The translations under genes were made by a program, and so were the position numbers. Under the pieces are notes generated by a model. It was given only the letters and a program-made list of their open reading frames with translations, ran no database searches and was not told the origin of the DNA. Positions 25,881-38,160 of a DNA stretch of 64,000 nt are shown piece after piece; the first letter of the stretch is position 1, and the number at the start of each line of letters is the position of its first letter. Source of the stretch: Microthyrium microscopicum (lineage: Eukaryota); assembly GCA_010405405.1 (NCBI GenBank), contig MU004234.1:1577275-1641274 (forward strand), in the 5' to 3' direction.

Positions 25881-26477
25881 AAATTTCTGGTCTAGTTTCA
25901 TCTAAGTCTACACTCTCAAAAGAACCTCAATTGACGCCAGGAGTACCTGGCTGAGCTTGACGAAGATAGCGAGTTTGAATACCGCCTTCCGAGCAAGTAT
26001 CGCAGCATGAAGCCAGTAATATACCCAAGAACGTGACAAATCGAACTCTGAGTGAACGCATTGGAGCAGACAATTATGCCTCTATGTCACAGTCAAAAAC
26101 AGGGAAGTTTGGAAAGAGAAAGCTAGAACACTAAATCGCCATTCGGGTGTCGTCTTAGTAGATCCGATATTTAGTATGATCAACATTTTTGTGTAGGGTC
26201 AATTCAATATAATAAATGGATATCCAACAGAGAATCCTACGGTTGAAAGGGCTAGATTCACCTGTGCCTGAACGCCGCGTTGTGCTAGTTTAGGGATAAC
26301 TTATAGGTGAATATTCTATCTATAGACAGTTAATGATATGCGACTATATTTTCATATTTTATCAGTGGTTTGAAGATGGAACGCTGCTCATTTAGCCAAA
26401 GCGGAATTCTTTGCTACAGGCTAGCCTAGTTCGTGTGTATAGGGTATTACTATTCTAGGTTGATCATTAGTTGTGGT

Positions 26478-27480
26478 TCATGTAGGCTTCTCTTTCAGCT
26501 CTACTTTGGTGATATCGTTGAACCACATGTACCGGCTGACCAGCATATATAGACGCCGGTCCCAGCTATTTTGACTTTCATGAGCCCAGAAAACGCCGAC
26601 ATTATGACGCCAAGTAGACCAGCTACTGACGAACAACCCAGTTTTCTCATAACCGGCCCAATTCTTCACATCCAATGGTGTCCATTCTCGACCTTGCCCG
26701 TTATAAACAAAAGCCTTCATTATCCGGAATGTAAATCGCAGACATGTCAACGGTAAATCCAGAATGCCTATGTATTTGCGTGGTGGAACAAATGTTGGCA
26801 CTGTCCGGAGCATGAATGTTGGCGGGAAGGACGAACTGGTAGTGGCAAGGGAACTATTGTATATTTAGCATATCGATAAGCGAGCAGGAGGGAGTTTTAC
26901 ACTATCGCCGCGCTGACAGCACGATGATTGATATGCCCCGATACCCCTCCCGAGTCGAAGGTCAGAACAGAATCGCTTTGCCATTCCTTGATCTTTTCCT
27001 TGACCACTTTTTTAATGACATCCTGATCCCACCACACCTTTGGATTATCTTGTATGTCCTTCCGATCAAGCACAACGCATTCTGCGGCGCCAATCCTCTT
27101 GCAAGCTTCTTTTGCTTCAGCCTTACGTGTCTCGCCAATGCCGTAGTTATTGCCTGAGGATTGTGAGCGCGTGAACACTAAAGAAGAGCTTGGTGCCTAC
27201 CTGAAGAAAACACCAGGATTCGTAGATGTTTTGCGTTACCGACTTTCTGTAGGCCTAGGACCGTCGGCCCGAAGAATAAACTCTCGTCATCTGGATGCGC
27301 CGTCACCAGTAATGGCTTGCGGGATGCCAGCAACGATACAGGCACCAGTACCGGGCTTGTAGGGACTATGTAAGCGAGGAGTAGATAGAGAATACTGGGG
27401 CAAGCAATGACCGCGAGACTAAAAAGCTTTAACGGAGAGACTCGCTGGCGGCGAAAGCGCAGTGATGGGAGCTGCAGCAT
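26478..27480 (-). CDS. GPI12: N-acetylglucosaminyl-phosphatidylinositol de-N-acetylase (PIG-L family)
   Basis: Exons 27480-27201, 27153-26901, 26853-26478. Motifs TAHPDDESLFFGPT, SSGNNYGIGETR, TFDSGGVSGHINH and HESQNSWDR; N-terminal TM. Confidence 0.88.
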
Positions 27481-28376
27481 TGCTACTTGAGGACCTTCAA
27501 GTGTAGCACCGTAGGATGTTGTCTCATGCGGAGTTCATGATTGTCGAAGCTTCCATCTCTGTCTTTGTTCAGATCCAGAGTTACTTTCTTGGTGAAACTT
27601 GCTTCTTGGCTTCTGTCGTGGGAGAAGTTGAAGTAGACTGTAGTTGACATGTGGAAAGATGAGAACGTGTTTCAGATCGATTCTCAGCCCCGCCTAAGCA
27701 ATATCCGGTTAGCGTCAACGGTTCGGTCCGCAGAAGCAGTTCAGCCTTATGAAGCCTGAGGGGCTCTTGCTGTGCTTAGTATTCATTACACTCTTATTAA
27801 AACATCATGAGAATGGTAAGATGGATTAGCTGGGCTCGGGTGCTGACGCAGGTCGACATTTGTGAGATTCGCGCTTATAAATTCGCGTGGATGCAGTGAC
27901 AATATTGGAAAGTAATATATCTCCGCCGTCGAGTGCAAGTGGCCTAGCAGGCTTTGCACTGAACCCAAAGGAATATCTTCAACACTACAGGAGTCCATCA
28001 GTCACTTGGTCCCCAATATCCAGATGCGCTTGCCAGTAGGTCCGTGTAAGTACTGGTAGTTGTGATCTGCACGGTGAGCATAAACCCGTAGCATGAAGTC
28101 ACTTTACAGTTCAATCCCCCAGTCATTGCTTTAGAAAACACTAAAGATCATGTCGATGTAATTTTCGGGGTCGATCTATTACTCCACTTCCTTGAGACTT
28201 TATAAGTGCAAGATCTGGACAAAATAGGAGGGGCTACCGGAACACTTGGCCCAAGCGTCAAAACTCACATAAAATCTTTAACACGAATCGCGCGATCATC
28301 AATATCATTCATCGATCAACGCGACTCATCACTTTCCCACTCATCAAATTCAAGGACCATTCGATCGATCTCATGG

Positions 28377-29765
28377 ATGTTCAGCCTCTGCAGAGCTATC
28401 TCCCGCCGGACGATGCATACCCGTATTCCTCCTACCAGACCAGTTATTGCGATCATCGGATCGACTGGAACTGGAAAATCCCAGCTCGCGATAGAGCTCG
28501 CGACGCGTTTCAAGGGTGAAATCATCAACTGTGATGCGGTGCAAATGTACCAAGGCCTACCGATCATTACAAATAAAGTAACTACAGAGGAGCAACATGG
28601 AATACCACATCATCTTCTGGGGTGCATTGGCCTCGAGGAGCCTACCTGGACAGTTGGACAATTCGTACCTCATGCTATGGCCATTATTGAACAGATTCGT
28701 GGGCGTGGAAGGCTTCCGATACTGGTGGGTGGTACCCACTACTATATTCAATCACTTCTTGTTAAGGATTCGATTGTAGGAAATGATCAGACTGGACAGC
28801 CCGAATTATTAGACCCAGCCCTCGATCAACCTACGGAGGTACTGCTGCAAAAGCTGAGAGAGGTTGATCCTATCATGGCTGAGAGGTGGCATCCCAATGA
28901 ACGTCGCAAGATTCAACGATCTTTGGAGATTTGGCTGCGTACAGGGACAAAGGCATCGGACATATATGCAGCGCAAAAAGAACCACCGAACGCATCTCCA
29001 AGTCCATCAAATATAACATCCTTGAGCTCTGATGATGAGTCACCACTGCGATATGAAGCCTTGTTATTCTGGATGTACACAGATAAAGATACTCTACGAG
29101 CTCGACTGGACGAAAGAGTTCATCAAATGGTTTCTGCCGGCCTAGTGAGCGAAGTTGAGAGTATGCATGATTTCAGAAATCAGCAAGAATTGCAAGGCAA
29201 AGAGGTAGATGTGACACGTGGGATTTGGGTGTCAATAGGTTTCAAAGAGTTTGCCGAGTACAGGGCTGCGATTGCAGCCGGACGTACCGGTCCTGACGTC
29301 CAAAAGCTCAAAGATGAGGCTATCATGAGAACTCAGTCAGCAACCAAACAGTATGCAAAGAGGCAGATCCGTTGGATCGAATACAAGTTTCTGAATGCTA
29401 TGGTTCGGTCGAAAGCGAAGCACAACATTTTCGTTCTTAATAGCTCTCTTACGACAGCTTGGCACGATTGTGTCAGGAAACCGGCTGAGGTGGTGACAGA
29501 AATGTTTCTAGGCGCTTCTTCCGTTCTTCCCGAAGCCTCTGAGATCTTTGAACAATCTCAGGAACTCCTGACTCCCAAAGGTGAAGATCTCAGTCATTCG
29601 CGTCATAGATGGCAGAAGCGAACTTGTGATAATTGTCGCATCACTGCCACAACAACCGAAGAATGGGAAAAGCATATTGGGAGCAACAGGCACAGGAAGG
29701 TCTTGGCTGGCATAGCCAAACGTCAAAGGCTTGAAACGGAAAGGGGTCTAAACATTTCCCTCTGA
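28377..29765 (+). CDS. MOD5: tRNA dimethylallyl(isopentenyl)transferase
   Basis: Motifs GSTGTGKS, IINCDAVQMYQGLPIITNK, ILVGGTHYY and TKQYAKRQIRWI; C-terminal C2H2-type Zn finger. First in-frame ATGs at 28377 and 28413. Confidence 0.95.
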   Translation: MFSLCRAISRRTMHTRIPPTRPVIAIIGSTGTGKSQLAIELATRFKGEIINCDAVQMYQGLPIITNKVTTEEQHGIPHHLLGCIGLEEPTWTVGQFVPHAMAIIEQIRGRGRLPILVGGTHYYIQSLLVKDSIVGNDQTGQPELLDPALDQPTEVLLQKLREVDPIMAERWHPNERRKIQRSLEIWLRTGTKASDIYAAQKEPPNASPSPSNITSLSSDDESPLRYEALLFWMYTDKDTLRARLDERVHQMVSAGLVSEVESMHDFRNQQELQGKEVDVTRGIWVSIGFKEFAEYRAAIAAGRTGPDVQKLKDEAIMRTQSATKQYAKRQIRWIEYKFLNAMVRSKAKHNIFVLNSSLTTAWHDCVRKPAEVVTEMFLGASSVLPEASEIFEQSQELLTPKGEDLSHSRHRWQKRTCDNCRITATTTEEWEKHIGSNRHRKVLAGIAKRQRLETERGLNISL

Positions 29766-31718
29766 AGTACTGTGCCAATCAAAATGAAAGCCCGACTGTC
29801 AGTCAAAGCTAACATCTCTTCTGTTACAGCACTTCGGCCGGATAGACTGCAGTCCAGTCTAACCGCACGTAAGGGGGCTGTTATCGCCTGGTTAAGCGGG
29901 GTGGAAATTTTTGGACAGGTCCACCACAGGCACTGGCGACAAGACCTTGGAACATTCGAGAATTTGTTTCTATAGGCCTGATATCGCGGACAAGATACGG
30001 TGCCAGAACATCGTACTGATAGATCTTTGCCTATTCTTCAAGTGTTGGATCATGATACCGTATCCAACTTCCCCTTATCTACGGAAACAGGCCTTTCAGT
30101 AATCGGCGATCGCACGGATTGAGTTATGCGAATTTCAACCTCAGCGCGGGACACAAAAACGGCTTGGTGTCAATATCTCGCCTGCCACTCGCTCATCATT
30201 GTACTTTTACTCCCGAGCTGGCTTCTGATTCCATGGACCGCCTCTCAGTCAGCTTTCTGGATATGCTTTTTTTGTTTGCAGGCGCCTAATTGTTCGATGA
30301 ATGTATACTCTGTCATGATCACGTTAAGCTCTGTCTCATCCGTTGTTTACAAAACGGAACCAATGAGCATCCGGTTGCTGTACGATGGTCACATCATACT
30401 GCATATTTTACCAGGCCCTACTTCACAATCAACCAAAAAAGTTCCTGGCGTTAATTGAAGATACAACGGCGAGGCCTTTCTATCATGAATCAAAACCTCG
30501 ACCTTCAACAAGGACACGTTTTCGACATGAGCATACTGTCGTTACCTATAACTGCAGAAGTTATACCTACCGCCTGTTTGAATGTGTTTGCTACGTCCGA
30601 GAGCACATCACAATTAAAATAACCATTGGATGACAAGATCTATGAATATCTTGCAAAGTCCCTTCCTCGATGCTGAATGTTTCAATGCGGCTGAAAATCA
30701 ATTGGACGCAAGGCTAGATCACGTGTTGCCTCCTAGTGTTCGGTGCATCGTTCGCTGGCATTGCTGTTAGATTCCAACGACTCGCGTCTCAAGTACCTCC
30801 TTCTCGACACGAAACAATATTGCTCTCTCAACCATTGGCCTTTCGTTTCCGCTATTGGCTTGTTCAATTTCCTTCTGCGATCTCCCTTTTGCAAATTAAT
30901 TCCCCGCCTTCGGAAACTGGCCTGGTTGATGAGGGTGCTAGTAACTCTCACAAATGTGCGGAAGTCGCTATCATTTGTGCTTAGCGATTTGCGCAGCTTC
31001 TCAAAATTCAGGATGAGGTGCTTCTCGCATTCGCGTCCCATGGTGTTTGTTCGCACATCACAGCTTGTTCATTGACAGCTTTGACGTTGCAACAACCGTT
31101 GGTCGAAGCTTTCGGAAGGCCATGGCCCACCTGTTCATTTGAGCCAGGATTAACATGAGCTATGGACTTTGATCATTGGTACCATGCAACAACCCTGTTG
31201 CAGAGCAGAGCCTCGGTGAGACGTTCCGCTAAACCGCTAGAATGGCGCATAGCAAAACCGGATCATTCTATGATTCAGCCGCCGCCACCAGCTTTGCTGT
31301 CAGTCCGTTCCCGGGAATCTATTTTTCAAGGTTGCCCTGTTTGGTTGCATGATGCAAAAGCAAGCTCTCTGCTGGTCGGGGCCAAACAAATACTTCCACT
31401 CGTTCAATATCCTAGCTCAGATCTGGTCCGACCACTCTCCAGAAGAAATCTGGCAAACGCCTCAGTATCAGTCTAAAACTTTATGCTGATTTGCTTCTCT
31501 GGAAAGCTTCTATTGAGCCGAACTGCCTCGTGAATCACAGCCAAGTGAAGATGCATAAGAAGAGCCTCGATTCCAGGAGTAATTTGTTCTATCCATCACA
31601 GCATCAATCAACAGTCTTCCACCAGTCCTTTGCATTCAATTCGCGCTGCGCGCTCTTACATTCTTAACATTCTCTATTTTTAACTCTTTGACAGAGATTC
31701 TCTTTTCAAAACATCAAA

Positions 31719-32617
31719 ATGAAGTACTCATACGTTTTCTCTGCTCTCGTCGCCGCCGTTTCGGCACACGGAGTTATCACCGAGATCCAAGGTGCCAATG
31801 GCGTGACCATGCCAGGTCTCTCTGGTAACATACTCAACAACCATCTAGAAAAACAATGTACTGACCTTCTATAGTCGCTGATGGAACTCCACGTGACTGT
31901 GCCTCCCCACTCTGCGGATCTGAAGCCGATACTTCCATCATCCGTGCTAAGGAGATGGGCGGAAAGGCCTCTGCTCTTGGCCGCACAAAGAACGGCCCAG
32001 TTGATGCTGGCAAGGCCATCGCCACCTTCATGGGAGGCAATGCCAACAACAAGCGCCAACTTGATCAACTCCTCGGAGGTCTTGGCGGTGGTGCTGGTGC
32101 CGCTGGAAAGGGCAACGCTGCTGGAGCTGGTGCCGCCTCCGCTGGCCAGAAGACCGCAAAGGGAACCAAGGAGCAAGGTGTCTCCAAGGCCGCTGGTTCA
32201 GGTGCCTCCTCCGGCATGCCCACTTCTGCCGATGATGGTACTATCACCATGACCTTCCACCAGGTCAACCAGGACGGTGCTGGCCCACTCACTGCCCAGA
32301 TCGATGCCACCTCCGGCGGCACTGACCCAGCTGCCTTCAAGGACGCTAAAGTCACCCAGAACGTTCCCGGCCTCGGAATCGGGGGTCTCTCCGCTGCCCA
32401 GACCACCGACTTCCCCGTCAAGGTCCAGATGCCAGCTGGCATGACCTGCTCCGGATCTGCCGGTGGTGCAAGCAACGTCTGCGTTGTCCGCCTCCAGAAC
32501 TCTGCTCTTGCTGGCCCATTCGGCGGATCCGCTGCTTTCGTCCAATCTGCTGCTGCCAAGAAGCGCGCTGTCGAGTACAACCTCCGAAAGCTCAAGACCC
32601 GCTCCCTCCTCAACTAA
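31719..32617 (+). CDS. Secreted Egh16/GAS1(MAS)-like protein (DUF3129)
   Basis: Exons 31719-31824 and 31875-32617. Signal peptide then HGVI..IQGANGVTMPGLSVADGTPRDC; HQVNQDGAGP; MPAGMTCSG...CVVRLQNSALAGPFGG; strong codon bias. Confidence 0.9.
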
Positions 32618-33672
32618 GATTCTTTTCTTGGGTGCGAATCGTTTTGACTTTCCTTGTATAGATTGTTTGGATTTTTAGATGGAGTGGAACTGTGGAGACG
32701 GAGAAGACTAGCACAAATTGACAAGCTTTTCTAGTGTATACATAGCTCATGGAAGATATTGATTGTTATGCCCTGTTACAGTTCTCTTTATTGAAATGTG
32801 ACATTCGCCTTTAATCGAGATAGAAATAAGGCTACGCGCAAGGCTGACACATCTCTATCTAGATTGTTTAGCCCCCTTGAGATCACATACATGACCCCCC
32901 AAATCCTTCTGCGGACCAGCCCGCCCTACCCGTCTGCCGCCTGCGCGAAGACGGACTCAACCGGGGAGCTGTCGATAGTCGATACAAGACAACCTTGAAT
33001 AATCTGGAAGTCAGACTTTAATGTTCACACCTCAATAATGGCTGTGTGTATCGTCTATCTCTGAGCTCGTGGAGAAATATCCCGTCTGCCAGTCTGCGAT
33101 GCAACCGCCTCAGGAAGTTATATGGTCTACCAAACCTGCCGAAGCAGTCATCAAGCATTTAGATTCGATCTCTCACCATCTGGAAAGGCCTGCTTGAATG
33201 GACTTAGCATTGAAGCAAGATGATAAAGCATCCCGTCTTGAGTCACGCTACTCTTGCCGTTCCCCTCCAGATCTGAGGCTGCCGAAGATTTTCCTCGCTC
33301 GTATCTTGGGCAATTGGTAGGGCGCAAACGGTGCTAATGCAAGCCACTGTCGATTATCCAGTAAAAATCTGCCCAAAACGCATACTTGTTGATCTTTAAC
33401 TCTTCTTTAGGAACTGCTCAGCTCAGTTGGTGTTCGTCACAAGCATTTGGAGTAACGCCTTCATGTCTTTCGTCCCGTTTCATCCAATACGTGATCAAGC
33501 TTCTTGTCACAGCTTGCATTAGTTCATCGACAATGAATTTCAGACGGTGAGAGACGGTTTCACAAAACTTGATAAAGCTCAATATTCCCATGTCGTTAGC
33601 ATCCCCTCCAACCTCAATCTATTCCTTCGTACACTTTCAGGTGACCTTCAAGCCTAATCCCAAGCCATCAAA

Positions 33673-34590
33673 ATGGGTATCCTTAACAAGATCGCGAAGC
33701 CTTTCATCAATTTGTTCATATTCTCATGGGACTTTGTTTTGTTCATCCTTAACGTCATCACCCCAAATCTAAAGCCCGGCCATGTCGTACCTGCCGGCCA
33801 CCCAGGACATAACCTTCAATGGCCAGAATACGTCCCTCCCAAAGAAGGCGATTCGCGATCAGCTTGCCCAATGCTGAACGCCATGGCAAATCATGGCATC
33901 CTTCCTCACGACGGCAAAAACATTCCCTTCCGTGAAATGAGCGCCAAGATCCGAACTACCTTCAACTTTGCACCATCATTTTGCTTGTTTGTGCCCAAAT
34001 TTGCGGCCGACTTTCTTGACCGCTCATACTGGAGTGGCAAGTTTGATCTGGCTGATTTGAGCTTACACTCCAAAAAGGCCATTGAGCACGATGCCAGTCT
34101 CACACGCCAAGATGTTGCACTTGTGCCGGATCAAAGCAAGCCGGATTTGGGACTGGTACATGATTTACTGAAACAAGCTACAGGCACGATGCCGGATGGA
34201 TCACCGCGTCTTACCATTCCCGATCTTTCACGTGCTTTGTCAAAAAGAAGAGTGGATGCGGAACGCACAAATAAAGAACACTATACGGAGGATCTTGGCC
34301 ATAACATGTTTGGCAGCTCTAAGTACGACCCTTCTCGCACTCTTAGATACTTTTTGGAAGCTAACAATCGTCGCTCCAGCTCCTCAACCATGCTCACACT
34401 CTTCGGCGGTTCTATCAACGATCTGACCCCGATGCTTACGGAAGAAAAATTCGCTGACAATTGGGAGCCACGCGTTCTATCTCGATTTGGCCTTACATTC
34501 GCAAAATTCAATTTCACAGTTATCCCTGTCGAGAGAGGAGTGGACAAGAAGGCTATCCAGAAGTTGGAAGCATCAGAGAATTCAGCTTGA
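33673..34590 (+). CDS. Heme-thiolate peroxidase (chloroperoxidase / short unspecific peroxygenase family)
   Basis: Proximal Cys motif RSACPMLNAMANHG and IEHDASLTR; probable 57-nt intron at 34323-34379. Confidence 0.9.
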   Translation: MGILNKIAKPFINLFIFSWDFVLFILNVITPNLKPGHVVPAGHPGHNLQWPEYVPPKEGDSRSACPMLNAMANHGILPHDGKNIPFREMSAKIRTTFNFAPSFCLFVPKFAADFLDRSYWSGKFDLADLSLHSKKAIEHDASLTRQDVALVPDQSKPDLGLVHDLLKQATGTMPDGSPRLTIPDLSRALSKRRVDAERTNKEHYTEDLGHNMFGSSKYDPSRTLRYFLEANNRRSSSSTMLTLFGGSINDLTPMLTEEKFADNWEPRVLSRFGLTFAKFNFTVIPVERGVDKKAIQKLEASENSA

Positions 34591-34704
34591 AGCAATATTC
34601 GCTTGGTCTAGATATCTGATCATCTATCTATTCAATGCAATTCTATAGAGAAACCCGACGCTCTTTCCACGCCACACTCTGGTCATTTGTCTTAGAGCTC
34701 AGAC

Positions 34705-35625
34705 TTATGCAGCAGCATGCGCACTGGCATCTTTACAAACTTGTCTGACTGCCTGATCTAGATTTTCGCCATCCAATCCCAGCAGACTGTTAGCAAAATC
34801 ATCTTTGCTCTCCCAGTTCGCCTCCAGCACTCCCACAACGCCAACAAGATCTTCCGTTGCTGTGGAATTGCTTGGATCTTTATCCGTTTCCGCTTTGACA
34901 CTTTTGATGTACACGTCCGAATCGACACTCTCAGCATGCCATCCCTGACCCATCGCTTTCTGTAGCGAGTTGAAAAGCTCGTTTTGTGTAATGCCAAAAC
35001 TTTGAATATAGAGCATCCGATTCTTCGTCTCCTCTTCCTTCTGCAGCACCTGTACCACCGCTCTGCCAATGGTGTCTAGCGTCGTAGTAGAGAAGTTGAT
35101 ATCTCCACCATCGAATATCTTTGCTTTCTTGGCCGCTAGATCGAATCCTAAGAGGCCTGATTCAAGCCCATGGTCAAAGAAGTGGCCACACACAAGACTC
35201 GTCCAGCTCAAGCTACTCTGCCCAGACAGCTTTTGCAGATAATGCCGAACTTTCTGTTTACCGACGTACAATGGCATCAGAGCCAAGGCACGTGGACTGC
35301 TGGAGTCACAACTTCCAAAGTCGGCGGGGATGAAGCGCTTGACGCCTGCGAGGACGGCGGCATCTGCGAGGCGGAGTTGCAAGTCGATAATTGAGCCAGC
35401 GAAAGCAACGACGACTGCATCTTGGCCTGTGAGTGCTGTGGCGAGCTCTTCGGTGGATGCATCATCGGATATCGTCACGATGTTGACGGATTCTGAATAG
35501 GTCGACTTGGAAGACGCGCGTGAGAGAACTGTGACGTTGAATATTTTGGCGGAGAGGAGGGCTTTGAGGATAAAGGTTCCCAGTGTGCCATTTGCGCCAA
35601 CGAGGGCGACCTTTTTGAATGCCAT
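34705..35625 (-). CDS. NmrA-like / isoflavone reductase family oxidoreductase
   Basis: Intronless 306-aa ORF with VALVGANGTLG Rossmann motif, AGVKRFIPADFG and CGHFFD. Confidence 0.9.
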   Translation of the reverse strand: MAFKKVALVGANGTLGTFILKALLSAKIFNVTVLSRASSKSTYSESVNIVTISDDASTEELATALTGQDAVVVAFAGSIIDLQLRLADAAVLAGVKRFIPADFGSCDSSSPRALALMPLYVGKQKVRHYLQKLSGQSSLSWTSLVCGHFFDHGLESGLLGFDLAAKKAKIFDGGDINFSTTTLDTIGRAVVQVLQKEEETKNRMLYIQSFGITQNELFNSLQKAMGQGWHAESVDSDVYIKSVKAETDKDPSNSTATEDLVGVVGVLEANWESKDDFANSLLGLDGENLDQAVRQVCKDASAHAAA

Positions 35626-36048
35626 AGCGATTGTCAGCGCTAGCCGTGACTTTGGTTATTTTGATGGAAAGTGGTGTGTGAGGTATGTACGGTATCTCAA
35701 GTCAAATATCTTATCATTGAAGGACAATCCAAAAGTTAAAAAAATCCGCGTTGCTCCGATGGCAGGAGCTCCAAAATTGGGAGCATCCAACTACGATACA
35801 CCTTTCCCAAGTTAGTTAAAAACGAAATCTCCTCAATTCCTCGTCCCCGCCGAAGTGATGAGGCTCGAGGTAATAATCCCAATGCTCATGGTCCGAGATG
35901 TAAGATAAACCTGCTGGAGGATGGCGTTTGAATAAGGCGGGGAATAATTGAAGAGGCTGGCATCAGGTCTACGCTTTTCAACGCTTCAACTTCATACCTG
36001 CTCCAAGCAAATTCTTGAATATCACAGACAAGGACAACAAGCTCTAAC

Positions 36049-36513
36049 ATGGCGAAACTAAACCTTCACTGGTACTACACCTTCTTCTTCTTATACCTCG
36101 AACCTTTCTCTGCACTTGCTGGCGCCATTGCAGCTCTTAGCCCACAGCTCTACCTCTCCATGACAGACTCCAAATGGTCCTCTCCATCCGTTGACTTCGC
36201 GACCGGTACCGTCGTCAATCAGATATCCAACTTGTACATGTTCTTTGCTCTGACAGAGTTTCTGGTATTTCGAGCCGGACGCCATAACCTGCCCGTGTGG
36301 CGAGCCCTGGTCACAGCGATGCTCATCGCGGACTTTGGCCATCTTCTCTCTGGATGGAGACTTGGCTTGGAGCAGTATTGGAACATTGCTAGCTGGGGCT
36401 GGATGGAGGCTGGGAGCGTAGGCTTTGTGTATGCTGGCGCGGCCACTCGCATTATGTTCTTGAGCGGCATAGGTGTCGTAGTACAGACAGATGGAGAGAG
36501 GAAGAGAATATGA
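36049..36513 (+). CDS. Conserved-type fungal membrane protein, ~4 TM
   Basis: 154-aa ORF with hydrophobic segments and motifs FFFLYLEPFSAL, VWRALVTAMLIADFGHL and RIMFLSGIG. Confidence 0.8.
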   Translation: MAKLNLHWYYTFFFLYLEPFSALAGAIAALSPQLYLSMTDSKWSSPSVDFATGTVVNQISNLYMFFALTEFLVFRAGRHNLPVWRALVTAMLIADFGHLLSGWRLGLEQYWNIASWGWMEAGSVGFVYAGAATRIMFLSGIGVVVQTDGERKRI

Positions 36514-37486
36514 TGCTGGTGTTCTTTATTTTCGGATTTGGAGAATTGTGCCGACCAGATCAACAAAAGCTACTGTGTGTAGCTAAGTTATTTACATGGC
36601 AAATATGTAAACGGATATTTTATTTGCATAATCCGCTTATCAAGTGGTCGTCCTTAGACCAATGCCCTGTTGACCCGCCTGAGTTGTCATACTCTTGGTT
36701 CCTGTACAATGTGGCAGTATCCAGAACTCGTGTACCGCCTTGAAAATGGAACAGTGACGTGCTTCCAACGTGGGTTTGTTTCGAGTGTGCTCATACACAT
36801 ATGTAGTACACTGAGATGCAGAAAGTGCTTCCCTTGGACCCTCCCCCGTCCATACATTTTTGCGTAGAATAACAGGAAAATAAACAATCAATAGTCACGT
36901 ACTAGATAGCTGATGGGACCAGACCAAGACTCGTACTTTTGGCCCTCATCTTCATGTACATTTTACCTCTCTACTTGGTCAATCTTTCAGAATTCCAAGG
37001 CAGAAGAGTATAGAGGTTGGAGGTTGGATGGAAGCTCTTTCTACATCTCAGTGTACCACATACCAAACCAGAGGGTGTTGGGGAAGACTACCGTAGATAC
37101 TTGTGTGGATGATCAGTACCCAGTTCCCACAAAGGTAGCATTGCCACTGGACCGTCTGGGCTGACTCTCAATAGTGCCCACTGGTATCCAAACTTATAAC
37201 GTCGTGTTGGAACATGTTGGCTGAGGTTTTAAAATTGGTCGAAGTCATCCAAACTTCGCTTCCTTCTAGTGAGGATGTGCACTTCTGGTTTTTGCCGTTC
37301 TCAGGGTTTTTATGCTCGTCTTCTACAATACATTGGTTGGAACTGCTTCTAATGAGAATTATATCAGATTAACAGAGAAATATGTAATGGTCACACGTTC
37401 ATGATCAAAGTCTATCATGGCATGAGTAGAGAATAACGCCCCAAGAGGCTCAGGTTGGTAACAGCTGAAACACAGGTAGCTTGAAG

Positions 37487-37789
37487 TAGTGCTGCACGTA
37501 AAGGTAGGACCAGTTTTGAGCTTTCTACCAACTACACTGTCCTAAGGCTGTATTTTTGAGGTAGACCATCTACCACTTCCTGATAGACCGTTCTTGATTG
37601 GTGTAATTGGGCTCCGATCTTGAAAACTGGTATTCAGAGACCAACTTTCGATCTTCTCAGGCTAGCTTTAGAACCTAGAGATTTCGCTTCTTTATTGGTA
37701 GAAGGCCTTTTCGTGACCCGTAGAGCCTCATCGGCTAGGGTTCAAATGGTAGAAACGCTTCTACCTATTCTACCATTCGTGCATCACTA
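37487..37789. mobile_element. Non-autonomous hAT-type MITE (303 bp)
   Basis: Imperfect TIRs tagtgctgcacg... / ...cgtgcatcacta; perfect 8-bp flanking duplication gcttgaag (37479-37486, 37790-37797); repeated TCTACC/GGTAGA subterminal motifs. Confidence 0.85.
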
Positions 37790-38160
37790 GCTTGAAGGCT
37801 CCAACTTATCGATATCAAGATCAGATATTTCGGTAACTTAGGCTGGTAGGACTATTCAAATCCCTTTGGTCCCTGTGACAGTTGGCAAACATCTCGGCCT
37901 TTCCTCCGTTATGCCTTTGCAAGTTAAGACTACCGTTTTTCACTGCAAATAGTCGCCTCAAAATTGGGACCGAAAGGCTAGAGATGTTCTTCAGGGACCA
38001 AGGGGATGAACTCTTTAAAGAGCCACGTATATCTCACACAAGACGGTGTACCAGAAAGCATATATTAGGTATATACTCCAGTCATCGGCCGCGTTTAACA
38101 TCTGCTTTAAGATCACACTCCCGCATCTCGAGCTTTGAGCTATCGCTCCGACAATCAAAA

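Noticed and set aside
28206..28376. GTG-initiated N-terminal extension of MOD5 in the ORF track
   Set aside because: This is a eukaryotic gene, the first in-frame ATG is at 28377, and the extension has no family features.
30733..31075. Overlapping ~110-aa ORFs on both strands
   Set aside because: No motifs or convincing start; probably upstream region of the DUF3129 gene.
31706..32613. Long antisense ORFs (156 and 182 aa) over the DUF3129 gene
   Set aside because: These are shadows of strong codon bias in the real + strand gene.
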